The translations under genes and the position numbers were made by a program. A stretch of DNA of 32,000 nt, from contig JAHUUI010000001.1 in the NCBI GenBank assembly GCA_019218315.1, positions 137,722-169,721 of the forward strand, written 5' to 3'. Positions 10,446-19,281 of this stretch are shown in pieces (position 1 is the stretch's first letter; the number at the start of each line of letters is the position of its first letter). Under the pieces are notes generated by a model, which worked only from the letters and a program-made list of their open reading frames with translations, ran no database searches and had not been told where the DNA came from. The DNA is from Cardiobacteriaceae bacterium TAE3-ERU3. GTDB taxonomy: Bacteria > Pseudomonadota > Gammaproteobacteria > Cardiobacteriales > Cardiobacteriaceae.

Positions 10446-11237
10446 ATGGGCTTTTTACAAGGCAAAAAAATTCTTATCACTGGCCTCGCAAGCAACCTTT
10501 CGATCGCTTACGGCATCGCACAGGCAATGCACCGTGAAGGAGCGGAACTCGCATTCACCTATCAAAATGAAAAGCTCAAATCCCGCGTAGAAAAGATGGG
10601 CGCAGAATTTGGCAGTAATATCTTTTTACCTTGCGATGTTGCAAATGATGAAGAGATGGAAGCTGTCTTTACTGAGCTTGGCAAGCAGTGGGATGGCCTT
10701 GATGGCCTCATCCATGCGATTGCTTATGCACCTCGCGAAGCTATTGAAGGCCGTTTTCTTGATGGGGTGAGCCGTGATAACTACACCACCGCACACGAAA
10801 TCAGCGCCTATAGCTTTGCTGCATTGATGAAGCATGCTTATCCATTAATGAAAGATCGCAATGCTGCGGCATTGGCGCTGACTTACCTCGGTGCAGTCAA
10901 AGCAATACCTAACTACAACACCATGGGTCTTGCAAAAGCTTCTCTCGAAGCAGCTGTCCGCTACCTTGCTGCTGATTTGGGCCAAGACAATATTCGCGTC
11001 AACGGTATTTCCGCTGGCCCGATCCGTACTTTGGCTGCATCAGGCATCAAGGACTTCCGCAAAATGCTCAAAGGCTTTGAGAAAACAGCCCCACTCAAGC
11101 GTTGCGTCAGTATCGAAGAGGTCGGTAATGCTGCTGCATTTTTGTGCTCAGACCTCGCTTCCGGTATCACTGGTGAAATCACCTACGTCGATGGCGGCTA
11201 CAATATCTATTCATCAGTTCAAATTGACGACGCTTAA
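10446..11237 (+). CDS. fabI: Enoyl-[acyl-carrier-protein] reductase (NADH) FabI
   Basis: 263 aa. [40 protein letters not shown] is the FabI-type Rossmann N-terminus. Also contains Y-x6-K context ([13 protein letters not shown]) and the [13 protein letters not shown] motif. Confidence 0.95.
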   Translation: MGFLQGKKILITGLASNLSIAYGIAQAMHREGAELAFTYQNEKLKSRVEKMGAEFGSNIFLPCDVANDEEMEAVFTELGKQWDGLDGLIHAIAYAPREAIEGRFLDGVSRDNYTTAHEISAYSFAALMKHAYPLMKDRNAAALALTYLGAVKAIPNYNTMGLAKASLEAAVRYLAADLGQDNIRVNGISAGPIRTLAASGIKDFRKMLKGFEKTAPLKRCVSIEEVGNAAAFLCSDLASGITGEITYVDGGYNIYSSVQIDDA

Positions 11238-11249
11238 GGAGTTATCTAT

Positions 11250-11573
11250 ATGAGTCTTATCTTTCAAACCAAAACAAGTAAAGACGGTCAATTTTATTTC
11301 AATCTCCTCTCACAGGGAAAAGTCTTATTAAAAAGTGAGATGTACGCCCAGAAACGTTCATGCGACAATGGAATTGAATCGGTCAAGAAAAATGCCAGTG
11401 AAACCAAACACTACGAACGCGCAGTAGCACAAAGTGGCAAGCATTATTTCAATCTCAAAGCCAGTAATGGGCAAGTTATTGGTACAAGTATGATGCATGA
11501 TGACGAAGCATCACTTGAAGCAGCTATTTTGCAATGCCAGCAGGCATCTAACGCAGCAGTTGAAGAAGCCTAA
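11250..11573 (+). CDS. yegP: YegP-like protein (tandem DUF1508 / UPF0339 domains)
   Basis: 107 aa with two repeats of the DUF1508 pattern (KDGQFYFNLLSQGKVLLKSEMY... and SGKHYFNLKASNGQVIGTSMMH...). AAGGAG Shine-Dalgarno. Starts 12 nt after the fabI stop. Confidence 0.75.
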   Translation: MSLIFQTKTSKDGQFYFNLLSQGKVLLKSEMYAQKRSCDNGIESVKKNASETKHYERAVAQSGKHYFNLKASNGQVIGTSMMHDDEASLEAAILQCQQASNAAVEEA

Positions 11574-11599
11574 GCTATTAATTCTATCCAAACCGTCAC

Positions 11600-11627
11600 G
11601 CCCCGATTTATTTCGGGGCTTTTTTTT
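11600..11627 (+). terminator. Rho-independent terminator after the fabI/yegP-like pair
   Basis: GCCCCGA-tttatt-TCGGGGC followed by 8 T. Confidence 0.85.
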
Positions 11628-11678
11628 ATGCCATTCATCCCCATATCTGAGAACATTGATATTTAGAGGAGCAACTTT

Positions 11679-12224
11679 ATGTTTGACGCCCATTCGACAA
11701 CGATACTCTCAGTACGCAGAGGACGCCACGTTGCCATCGCTGGAGATGGACAGGTTTCACTTGGCGATACCATCATGAAAGGCAATGCGCGCAAAGTACG
11801 CCGCCTGTACCACAACAAAATTCTTGCAGGCTTTGCAGGCGCCACTGCTGATGCATTTACATTGTTTGAGCGCTTTGAGGCACGCCTTGAGGAGCAAGAT
11901 GGGCAGCTACTGCGTGCAGCAGTCGAACTGACCAAGGATTGGCGTACAGATCGTGCTCTGCGCCGCCTCGAAGCGATGCTGATCGTTGCTGACCCCGATA
12001 TCACGCTAATTCTTTCAGGTAATGGGGACATCGTTGAACCAGAAGACAGCATTGCAGCAATTGGATCTGGTGGCATGTACGCCCTTTCCGCAGCCCGCGC
12101 GCTCTATCACAACACCGACATGAATGCGCTGGATATTGCCGAGAAAAGCCTGCACATAGCCAGCGATATTTGCGTCTATACCAACAGCAATATCATTACT
12201 GACGAATTAAAAGCAGAAGATTAA
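11679..12224 (+). CDS. hslV: ATP-dependent protease subunit HslV (ClpQ), with a short N-terminal extension
   Basis: 181 aa. [38 protein letters not shown] matches the HslV Ntn-hydrolase core. AGAGGAG Shine-Dalgarno precedes the ATG at 11679. Six residues (MFDAHS) come before the catalytic Thr-Thr. Confidence 0.93.
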   Translation: MFDAHSTTILSVRRGRHVAIAGDGQVSLGDTIMKGNARKVRRLYHNKILAGFAGATADAFTLFERFEARLEEQDGQLLRAAVELTKDWRTDRALRRLEAMLIVADPDITLILSGNGDIVEPEDSIAAIGSGGMYALSAARALYHNTDMNALDIAEKSLHIASDICVYTNSNIITDELKAED

Positions 12225-12299
12225 TCCTGATTAGAACCGTTCGCCAATACAGACGAACTTAATCAGCCAATAGCTTCTACTCAATGAAAGGATAACATT

Positions 12300-13670
12300 A
12301 TGACAGACAGTACTTACCGTGATCTCAATATGACGCCACGAGAAATCGTCGAAGAGCTTGACCGCCATATCATCGGCCAAAAAGAAGCCAAACGTGCTGT
12401 GGCAAATGCTTTACGCAGCCGCTGGCGCCGTCGTCAGATCGAAGAACCTCTGCGTAGCGAAATCACCCCAAAAAATATCCTGATGATCGGCCCAACTGGT
12501 GTTGGTAAAACGGAGATTGCTCGTCGCTTGGCTAAGCTTGCAGAAGCGCCTTTCGTCAAAGTCGAAGCAACCAAGTTTACAGAAGTTGGTTACGTTGGAC
12601 GTGACGTTGACTCTATCATCCGCGACCTTGCGGAAACCTCGATTAAACTCGAGCGTGAGCGCGCCCGCAAAGCCATGCAAAGCAAGGCTCGTGAAGCGGC
12701 GCTTGAACGCGTGCTGGACGTACTCGTACCACCCAGTAAAAAACAAACCGCATGGACGGATGCTACCGAGCAAAAAGCAGACGACAACCCCGCGCGCAAA
12801 GCCTATCGCGAGCGCATTCTTCGCGAAGAACTCAATGACAAAGTAATCGAAATTGAAATAAGCGATAACGCAGGTGCTTCTTTCGAGATCATGACCCCTC
12901 CGGGTATGGAAGAAATGAGCAATCAGCTTAGCGATATGTTCAAGAACATCGGCAAACAGCAAAAAACCAAGCAAAAGATGACCATTGCCGAAGCATTGGT
13001 TGCCTTGGCTGAAGAAGAGGCGGACAAGCTCGTCTCAGAAGATGAAATCAAGCAGCAAGCAATCCGCAATGCCGAGCAGAATGGTATCGTCTTCATTGAT
13101 GAGATCGACAAAGTTGCCAAGCGCTCAGATAGCGGAAACAGCGGCGAAGTCTCACGTGAAGGCGTACAACGCGACTTACTGCCACTCGTCGAAGGCTGCA
13201 CCGTGTCGACCAAGTACGGCATGATCAAAACCGATCACATTCTGTTCATCGCATCTGGCGCCTTCCACCTTGCCAAGCCATCGGATCTCGTTCCTGAGCT
13301 ACAGGGCCGTATGCCGGTTCGCGTCGAGCTGAAAGCACTGGGTATTGAAGAATTTAAGCGCATCCTGACCGAAACCGATGCATCTTTAATCAAGCAATAC
13401 ACCGCGCTATTCGCCACAGAAGACCTGCATCTGGAATTCACTGACGATGGCATTGCCAAACTTGCAGAAATTGCCTATCACGTCAATAAGACCACAGAAA
13501 ACATCGGTGCAAGACGCCTGCATACACTGATGGAGCGCCTAACCGAAAGCCTGTCTTTCGAAGCTGCAGACCGCAGCAGTGGCGATACGGTCAATATTGA
13601 TGCTGCATACGTCGAAAGTGCACTTGGTGACATTTCGGCCAACGAAGACTTAAGCCGCTTCGTTCTTTAA
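12300..13670 (+). CDS. hslU: ATP-dependent protease ATPase subunit HslU (ClpY)
   Basis: 456 aa. [36 protein letters not shown], Walker [16 protein letters not shown], Walker [12 protein letters not shown]-terminal EDLSRFVL. The start could instead be the ATG at 12330. Confidence 0.96.
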   Translation: MTDSTYRDLNMTPREIVEELDRHIIGQKEAKRAVANALRSRWRRRQIEEPLRSEITPKNILMIGPTGVGKTEIARRLAKLAEAPFVKVEATKFTEVGYVGRDVDSIIRDLAETSIKLERERARKAMQSKAREAALERVLDVLVPPSKKQTAWTDATEQKADDNPARKAYRERILREELNDKVIEIEISDNAGASFEIMTPPGMEEMSNQLSDMFKNIGKQQKTKQKMTIAEALVALAEEEADKLVSEDEIKQQAIRNAEQNGIVFIDEIDKVAKRSDSGNSGEVSREGVQRDLLPLVEGCTVSTKYGMIKTDHILFIASGAFHLAKPSDLVPELQGRMPVRVELKALGIEEFKRILTETDASLIKQYTALFATEDLHLEFTDDGIAKLAEIAYHVNKTTENIGARRLHTLMERLTESLSFEAADRSSGDTVNIDAAYVESALGDISANEDLSRFVL

Positions 13671-13684
13671 GCCTCGCCAGCACA

Positions 13685-13712
13685 AAAAAGGCGGCACTTT
13701 GCCGCCTTTTTT
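13685..13712. terminator. Bidirectional rho-independent terminator between convergent hslU and gshB
   Basis: AAAAAA-GGCGGCA-ctt-TGCCGCC-TTTTTT. The A-tract and T-tract flank a GC-rich stem, so it can work on both strands. Confidence 0.85.
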
Positions 13713-13727
13713 AGTTTTTGGCTTTAA

Positions 13728-14666
13728 TCAGCCCAAATCCAACGCCGACCAAAAGCGCGTAGCAATATCCTGCCCTGTTTCATTGGCAATCTCGCGCATG
13801 CACGTCGGGCTGGTCACATTCATCTCAGTGATATAACCACCAATTACGTCCAAGCCAACCAAATGCAAGCGCTGCTCGGCAATAATCGGCTTCACCTGTT
13901 CGACCAGCCAATAATCACGAGCCGTCAGCGGCTGAACCACACCACGACCACCAGCGGCCAAATTAGCACGAAACTCCCCTTTTGCCGGCAAACGCGCCAA
14001 GCCATGATCGACCGGCTCACCGTCGATAATCAGAATTCGCTTGTCCCCAGCACTCACATCCGGCAAAAACTGCTGCACCATGAGGGACGTCATACCTTGC
14101 GGATTAATCGTATCCAGAATAGCGCTGGTATTCGTATCATCCTGACTCAAGCGGAAAATACCACTACCGCCCATCCCATCCAGCGGCTTCACCACAGCCA
14201 CGCCGAACTCTCGCACAAAATCACGAATATCTTGTCGGGATTTAGTAATCAGCGTCGGAGGTGTTGCTTGCGGTAAGCGCGTAATCACAAATTTTTCATT
14301 GATATTTCGCAAAGCTTGAGGTGGGTTGACCACTTTAACACCGGAGCGCTCGACCATATCGAGCATATAACTGTCGTAAATATAATCGAGATTAAATGGC
14401 GGGTCTTTGCGCTGCAACACCACATCGACATCACCGAGCGCAATCATTTCTTCATTGATCACTCGGTAATAGTCTTCGTTGTCATCTTTTAGCTCGACCG
14501 TCTGAACGTAAGCAAACACCTCGCCATCGCGTACTTGCCAATCGCGCTGCGTAAAAATCATCACGCGGTGCCCTAAAGCTTGTGCAGCCAACATCAACGC
14601 AAAAGTCGTATCTTTATACGTCTTGACTTCGTCAATATCATCCATCAATACAGCAATATCAGCCAT
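13728..14666 (-). CDS. gshB: Glutathione synthetase (ATP-grasp, prokaryotic GshB)
   Basis: 312 aa from the ATG at 14666, with AAGGAG 6 nt upstream; the track's GTG at 14669 sits too close to the SD. MADIAVLMDDIDEVKTYKDTTFALMLAAQALGH and the ATP-grasp C-terminal half (VVKPLDGMGGSGIFRL, GDKRILIIDGEPV, ANLAAGGRG) are GshB signatures. Confidence 0.93.
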   Translation of the reverse strand: MADIAVLMDDIDEVKTYKDTTFALMLAAQALGHRVMIFTQRDWQVRDGEVFAYVQTVELKDDNEDYYRVINEEMIALGDVDVVLQRKDPPFNLDYIYDSYMLDMVERSGVKVVNPPQALRNINEKFVITRLPQATPPTLITKSRQDIRDFVREFGVAVVKPLDGMGGSGIFRLSQDDTNTSAILDTINPQGMTSLMVQQFLPDVSAGDKRILIIDGEPVDHGLARLPAKGEFRANLAAGGRGVVQPLTARDYWLVEQVKPIIAEQRLHLVGLDVIGGYITEMNVTSPTCMREIANETGQDIATRFWSALDLG

Positions 14667-14676
14667 CACATACTCC

Positions 14677-15153
14677 TTAACGTTTGTTCGTATAGCACTT
14701 TCGGCTCAGCCAACCAAAAGTCAGCCGCAGCACACCGTAATAAATCAAGCCCATCACCACCATCACAGCAACGGCCATAAGTGGCGAAACTTCGCTCAGC
14801 TGCTCACGCAATACTTGCCATTCCGCAGGGCTCATCATCAGCCACACAACCAGCAAAAACAATACGATACTGACCGTATAAGCAACCAATGTACACAACA
14901 ACGCCAAACTATGACGCTCACCCTTATCAGGTTGCCGCCCGGTCGCCTTAACGAACACACCTGCAGCGCCAATACCAGATGCGACCAATACCCCCATCGC
15001 TGCGCCGGAATTGAGATCAACCAACCACCAATTCACCGCCGCCACCAAAAGCGTTAACAAAGCATAAATGCCAGCAAACGCAAGCACCGTCTTCTTAATT
15101 ATTGCCGACACAAGGCCTCCAAAAATCCAGTAAATCTGCTGCCATGATACCAA
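14677..15153 (-). CDS. Hypothetical small inner-membrane protein (about 4 TM helices), co-oriented with and abutting gshB
   Basis: 158-aa hydrophobic ORF whose stop overlaps the gshB Shine-Dalgarno. The start is uncertain: TTG at 15153, or GTG at 15111 preceded by GGAGG. I recognise no family. Confidence 0.5.
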   Translation of the reverse strand: MVSWQQIYWIFGGLVSAIIKKTVLAFAGIYALLTLLVAAVNWWLVDLNSGAAMGVLVASGIGAAGVFVKATGRQPDKGERHSLALLCTLVAYTVSIVLFLLVVWLMMSPAEWQVLREQLSEVSPLMAVAVMVVMGLIYYGVLRLTFGWLSRKCYTNKR

Positions 15154-15163
15154 TAATTACGCT

Positions 15164-16723
15164 ATGATTGCCCAACGACTCATGACCCTACACCGCACAA
15201 TGCAAACCTACAACAACCTGACCTTACACGGTGGACAAATCGGCATCGAGCGCGAAATGCTGCGCACCAATCCAGATGCCACACTCGCCACAACCCGTCA
15301 CCCACTTTCGCTAGGCAGAACCTACACCCACCCAAACATCACCATCGACTTCGCCGAAGCATTACTTGAGCTCGTCACAGAGCCACACTCAAGCCCGCAG
15401 GCCGCATACGACGAGCTACTTGCACTGCACCGCTACACCCGTGCGCATACGCAAAATGAACAATTTTGGGCACCGAGCATGCCGTGTATTCTGCCCGACA
15501 ATCTCGATAGCATCGACATCGGCCACTTCGGCAGCAGCAACGGTGGCAAGCTCAAGCGCCTATATCGCGTAGGCCTGCACCACCGCTACGGCATGGCCAT
15601 GCAAATGATTGCCGGCGTGCACTTTAACTACTCCCCACCCGAAGCCTTATGGACAGAACTCGGCATAACCACGGCCAGCGAACGTAATGCCCGCTACATG
15701 GGCATGCTGCGCAACCTCCAGCGCCACGGCTGGCTGATCCCCTATTTATTCGGTGCATCGCCCGCCGTACATAGCAGCTTCCAACCCGCACAAGGCGTAC
15801 TCAACCAATTCGATCCATCCACCCTCGGCTGGCAAAAAGCCACCAGCCTACGCATGAGCGACCTTGGCTATCAAAACAAAGCACAATTCACCGTTAGCTT
15901 TAATGACCTCAAAACCTATATTCATGATCTCGCTACCGCCGTCATGACTCCGGCACCAGCCTTTGAATACATGGGCATCAAGGATGAATACGGCAACTAC
16001 CAGCAAATCTCGACCCATATCCTGCAAATTGCAAACGAATACTACACCGCAGCCCGCCCCAAGCAGCCGCTCAAAGCTGGCGAGCTGCCCGCCATTGCGC
16101 TGCACGAGCGCGGCATAGGGTATGTCGAGCTGCGCCTGCTCGACGTCAACCCATACGACCCCTGCGGCGTATCCATTGAGCAGCTACATTTTCTAGAAGT
16201 CTTTATGCTGCACAGTTTCCTAAGCGACAGCCCTCCATTCACCCACGCTGACTGGAACGAACTGAATAGCAACCGACTCCGCACTGCTTGCTGCGGCGTC
16301 AATGGCATAACCCTATACGATCAGCGCAACCCTCGCAGCAGCAGCGAATGGGCCACCGCCCTACTCGATGCCATGCAGCCTATCGCTGAGCAACTGGATC
16401 AACAAAACACTGGTAGCGCCTATAGCGACAGCATTGCAACCTTGCGCCAACAAATCGAACATAACCAGCGTATGCCACAGCGCGTCCAAGCAGAACTGGC
16501 ACAAACACCGTTCATCGAATGGGCACAAGCACTCACCGAACAGCACAGCCAGTATCTCAGCCAACCATGCGATGCCTCAACAGCACACCACTTGGATCAG
16601 CTCGGAGAAGCCTCTCGTCAAGCATATGATCAACGCGAAGCCGCAGCAAAAAGTGAACCGACATTTGATGACTATCTGGACCACTACTTTGATCCACTCA
16701 AAAAACTACTTAAGCAGCGCTAA
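15164..16723 (+). CDS. gshA: Glutamate--cysteine ligase GshA
   Basis: 519 aa. GGQIGIEREMLRTNPD...HPLSLGRTYTHPNITIDFAEALLELVTEP parallels the E. coli GshA N-terminal signature (GLERE..R, HP..LGS..TH..ITTDFAE.LLE..TP). Length fits the family. No clear SD, so the start (15164, 15182 or 15200) is uncertain. Confidence 0.9.
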   Translation: MIAQRLMTLHRTMQTYNNLTLHGGQIGIEREMLRTNPDATLATTRHPLSLGRTYTHPNITIDFAEALLELVTEPHSSPQAAYDELLALHRYTRAHTQNEQFWAPSMPCILPDNLDSIDIGHFGSSNGGKLKRLYRVGLHHRYGMAMQMIAGVHFNYSPPEALWTELGITTASERNARYMGMLRNLQRHGWLIPYLFGASPAVHSSFQPAQGVLNQFDPSTLGWQKATSLRMSDLGYQNKAQFTVSFNDLKTYIHDLATAVMTPAPAFEYMGIKDEYGNYQQISTHILQIANEYYTAARPKQPLKAGELPAIALHERGIGYVELRLLDVNPYDPCGVSIEQLHFLEVFMLHSFLSDSPPFTHADWNELNSNRLRTACCGVNGITLYDQRNPRSSSEWATALLDAMQPIAEQLDQQNTGSAYSDSIATLRQQIEHNQRMPQRVQAELAQTPFIEWAQALTEQHSQYLSQPCDASTAHHLDQLGEASRQAYDQREAAAKSEPTFDDYLDHYFDPLKKLLKQR

Positions 16724-16732
16724 AATCCTATC

Positions 16733-16761
16733 GCCAATCATCTTGCCTAAAGATGATTGGC
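16733..16761 (+). other. Perfect 11-bp stem-loop downstream of gshA (possible terminator or mRNA-stabilising hairpin, no U-tract)
   Basis: GCCAATCATCT-tgcctaa-AGATGATTGGC, 10 nt after the gshA stop. No T-run follows. Confidence 0.4.
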
Positions 16762-16840
16762 AATCACTACATTCTGCATACTGCCCTTTCTCGCCTAACC
16801 ATTGCCCACGCCCTCACACAGGCATTTGAGCACAGCCACC

Positions 16841-17551
16841 ATGAACTCCCAACTAACCCGCATCCACCACGGGCAAACCCTTAACATAGAATATCGGCGC
16901 GGTAACCGACGACAAAAGCACATGCGCCTCACCATCCGGCAAGATGGAAGCATTCTGCTCAGCACCCCACCGCGCACCAGTAGCGCTAAGGCAAACCGCT
17001 TTCTCGACAAGCACCTTGGCTGGCTGGCTGACAAACAGCAGCAACGCGCCGCCATTAACGCCAGACACCCAGCACCGCAATATAATCACGGCGCCCAGCA
17101 TCAACTGCTTGGGCAAACAGTGACGCTACACGTCAAAGAAGCAAAAAAAATCGCCGTGGTACGTCACGACGATATCATAAAAATCCAATTACCCAACCCA
17201 ACACCTGAGCGCATCGAAGCTGCTTATCAGCAATACTGCCGCAAAACGGCACTCGACTACTTCCAGCAGCGCCTCATAGAACTCCTACCAACAACCCCCT
17301 GGGTCAAAACCATACCCGAATTGCGCGTCCGCCGCATGAAGCAACAATGGGGCAACTGTGCCCGTAAAGGCCACATCACGCTCAACCAGCACCTCATTAA
17401 AGCCCCACCGGAATGCATCGACCTCGTCATCATCCACGAACTCTGCCACCTCAAGCACTTTAACCACAGCCCAGATTTCTATCAGCTGATGGGTGAAGCT
17501 TTACCCAATTGGCGGCAGTATGATCAGATACTAAAAGCACATATTAGATGA
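16841..17551 (+). CDS. YgjP-like DUF45 / M48-family zinc metallopeptidase
   Basis: 236 aa from the ATG at 16841. WGNCARKGHITLNQHLIKAPPECIDLVIIHELCHLKHFNHSPDFY contains the family's W-G-x-C and HExxH(L)xH signature. The track ORF starts at an upstream TTG (16802). Confidence 0.8.
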   Translation: MNSQLTRIHHGQTLNIEYRRGNRRQKHMRLTIRQDGSILLSTPPRTSSAKANRFLDKHLGWLADKQQQRAAINARHPAPQYNHGAQHQLLGQTVTLHVKEAKKIAVVRHDDIIKIQLPNPTPERIEAAYQQYCRKTALDYFQQRLIELLPTTPWVKTIPELRVRRMKQQWGNCARKGHITLNQHLIKAPPECIDLVIIHELCHLKHFNHSPDFYQLMGEALPNWRQYDQILKAHIR

Positions 17552-17558
17552 ATTGATG

Positions 17559-18290
17559 CTATTGCCACGGCCGTAAATCGACAATTTTTTCAATTTTTTG
17601 CTCTTTGGTATTGATCAGTACAGTCATATCAACTTCAGGTGCCAATAGAGGGATATATCCATCTGCTTGAGGATATTTCTCCAATATCTGTGCCACAGCT
17701 AGTTTAGGATTCAACTGTTCTAATTTTGAAAGAGAGTGTGCTGTTTCTTTTATTGTTGGCCATGCATCGGCAAGTGGCTCATATAATGCTGGGCGTGTAC
17801 TGGGAGGAAATCCTTCGCTGAGTTCGTAAAAAAGGCGATCAGACTTTTCCTGGTTGTTACCAGGAGGCTTGATAGCAACCCACTCAGGCTTCAGCCAAGG
17901 TGTACGCTGGTATTTTTCTGAAACTTTTACAGCAGAGTGATCTACGGCATTTGCTCTTACCACTTCAAATCGAAAAGTATCGAAAGCGATCCTAACAGGG
18001 CGACCTTCAGCAATATGGTACATACCATAGCAATAAGCGAAAGCTTGCAATATTGCGATAATCGCTAAATCCATTTTGAGTGACTTTTTGCCTTGTTTTG
18101 CCACCAAAAATGTCAGTACAGGCCCTAAGACCGCATCTATTACCAATAAGAGCAAAAAAATTTGCGTAACACCAACAGCTTTTGCTAAAGGAGAAGGATG
18201 CCATACTAAAAAGACAACAATTAGAGAAATAACAGCAATTGTAAAAGAAATGCCTAGGTGGATAAGGAAAGCACGTAAGCGGAAAGACAT
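17559..18290 (-). CDS. TfpZ/TfpX/FimB/TfpB-like type IV pilin accessory membrane protein (left-arm copy)
   Basis: 243 aa from the ATG at 18290 (AGGGG SD); the track's TTG at 18323 would overlap the pilin gene. Three N-terminal TM helices include LLLLVIDAVLGPVLTFLV, then KKS..M and YGMYHIAEGRPV, followed by a soluble C-terminal domain. It is a clear paralog of ORF 21319..22128 and sits immediately downstream of a pilin gene, as pilin accessory genes do in Pseudomonas, Dichelobacter and Moraxella. Confidence 0.75.
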   Translation of the reverse strand: MSFRLRAFLIHLGISFTIAVISLIVVFLVWHPSPLAKAVGVTQIFLLLLVIDAVLGPVLTFLVAKQGKKSLKMDLAIIAILQAFAYCYGMYHIAEGRPVRIAFDTFRFEVVRANAVDHSAVKVSEKYQRTPWLKPEWVAIKPPGNNQEKSDRLFYELSEGFPPSTRPALYEPLADAWPTIKETAHSLSKLEQLNPKLAVAQILEKYPQADGYIPLLAPEVDMTVLINTKEQKIEKIVDLRPWQ

Positions 18291-18313
18291 AACTACCCCT
18301 AAAATAACAAAAC

Positions 18314-18751
18314 TTATTGGCAAGTAGATGGGAGGCGACTATTGCCTACACTTCCACTACAAGTCCATGTGATAAGTTGGCCTGTCCCTGGTAGTGCTGT
18401 CGGGGTCAGTATAACGTTTAGACCAGTATTAACTCCTCTGTTAAACGTAGTTGTAATTACCCCTGTACCGGGTGTAACTACAACAGCTCCCGGATTAAAA
18501 TATTTGCCACCAAGATTTTGAGCAGAAGTCATGATATTGTGACCGGCTGGAGGCCATACTCTATTGGTCCAGTAGAAAATACCTATATCACTTTTTACCC
18601 CTTCAGTGACAGTCAAAGCTTCGCTGGCCTGAGTTCTACCTAGATAATTTTGGTAACTAGGTAATGCAATGGCTGCAAGAATACCAACAATGGCTATAAC
18701 GATCATCAGCTCGATTAAGGTAAAACCTTTTTGTCGTATACGATGTAGCAT
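18314..18751 (-). CDS. Type IVa (pre)pilin, complete gene (second pilin of the left arm)
   Basis: 145 aa. Class III leader MLHRIRQKG followed by [27 protein letters not shown], and a C-terminal disulfide loop [22 protein letters not shown] Shine-Dalgarno. Confidence 0.92.
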   Translation of the reverse strand: MLHRIRQKGFTLIELMIVIAIVGILAAIALPSYQNYLGRTQASEALTVTEGVKSDIGIFYWTNRVWPPAGHNIMTSAQNLGGKYFNPGAVVVTPGTGVITTTFNRGVNTGLNVILTPTALPGTGQLITWTCSGSVGNSRLPSTCQ

Positions 18752-18766
18752 AACGATCTCCTGAAT

Positions 18767-18797
18767 ATAAAAAAGCCCTACTAAACAGCAGGGCTTT
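18767..18797 (-). terminator. Rho-independent terminator (minus strand) between the silent pilin cassette and the downstream complete pilin gene
   Basis: The minus strand reads AAAGCCCT-gctgtttagt-AGGGCTTTTTT, 36 nt after the cassette stop. Confidence 0.75.
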
Positions 18798-18832
18798 AAG
18801 CAGTTAAGCTCTTCGAGCTAACCTACTACTAA

Positions 18833-19281
18833 TTACTGGCAAGTAGAAGGCAAACGTTTTGCTTCGATAGGATTTCCGCTGGTATCAACTGTCGCAGCAG
18901 CATCTAATGTTGTACGCGCAGCAGTAACCTTACCACCGGCACAAGTCCAACCAGAAATTTGCCCTGTTGCAGTCGCACTCGGATAAAGCGTCATCTCTTT
19001 ACCACTATTAGCACCAGCATCAAATACGATGTTAATTGCACCATTATCTACACCAACTGTGACACCCTCTGGTGCGAAATACTTGCCATCCAGTTCGGAA
19101 GCAAGTTTACCAATAGCGCCTTTTGTTTTATCTACTTCATCTGAATCCGGATATTTATTTTCGCTAGAAACATAGACTCCAATATCAGTCTGCAAACCTG
19201 AAGTCGCTTTGAATGCTTCAGATGCTTGAGTACGTGCCAAGTAATCCTGATATGCAGGAAGAGCGATTGCAGCGAGGATAC
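18833..19281 (-). pseudogene. Promoterless, 5'-truncated type IV pilin cassette (silent alternative pilin 3' region, cassette B)
   Basis: From 19281 the minus-strand frame reads (S)[30 protein letters not shown]...GWTCAGG...RLPSTCQ-stop. That is a pilin lacking the leader peptide and the first ~22 codons. An in-frame TAA lies 10 codons upstream of the junction, and no SD or leader is present. The track ORF (18833..19240) begins at an internal TTG. Confidence 0.85.
19241..19281 (-). repeat. Inverted repeat IR-L (pilin N-terminal coding sequence at the head of silent cassette B)
   Basis: The reverse complement is gtatcctcgctgcAAtcgctCttccTgcatatcaggattac, matching 20639..20679 at 37/41 positions. 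The inner 13 nt (19269-19281) and outer 15 nt (19241-19255) are identical. Similarity stops abruptly at 19282. Confidence 0.9.

Noticed and set aside
11639-11646. CCCCATAT upstream of hslV as a sigma32 promoter
   Set aside because: The -10-like element is good, but the expected -35 position falls in the T-tract of the preceding terminator and has no CTTGAA match. I did not call it as a feature.
12411-12974. 187-aa antisense ORF inside hslU, and similar shadow ORFs (for example 3353..3658, 5860..6204, 9047..9334, 13863..14276, 16368..16829, 24606..25007, 26513..26890, 27774..28148, 28807..29390, 30767..31488)
   Set aside because: All lie entirely within, and antisense to or out of frame with, confidently identified conserved genes. 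They have low-complexity or biased composition and no SD or family resemblance. They are typical shadow ORFs.
14623-15057. 144-aa His/Gln/Pro-rich plus-strand ORF
   Set aside because: It lies antisense to the membrane-protein ORF and the 5' end of gshB. Its composition simply reflects the C/A-rich plus strand of this block.
18650-18720. N-terminal coding region of the second complete pilin (18314..18751) as a third inversion site
   Set aside because: It encodes the same amino-acid motif, but the nucleotide sequence (ggtattcttgcagccattgcattacct) has no run of identity with IR-R or IR-L comparable to their 13- and 15-nt perfect blocks.
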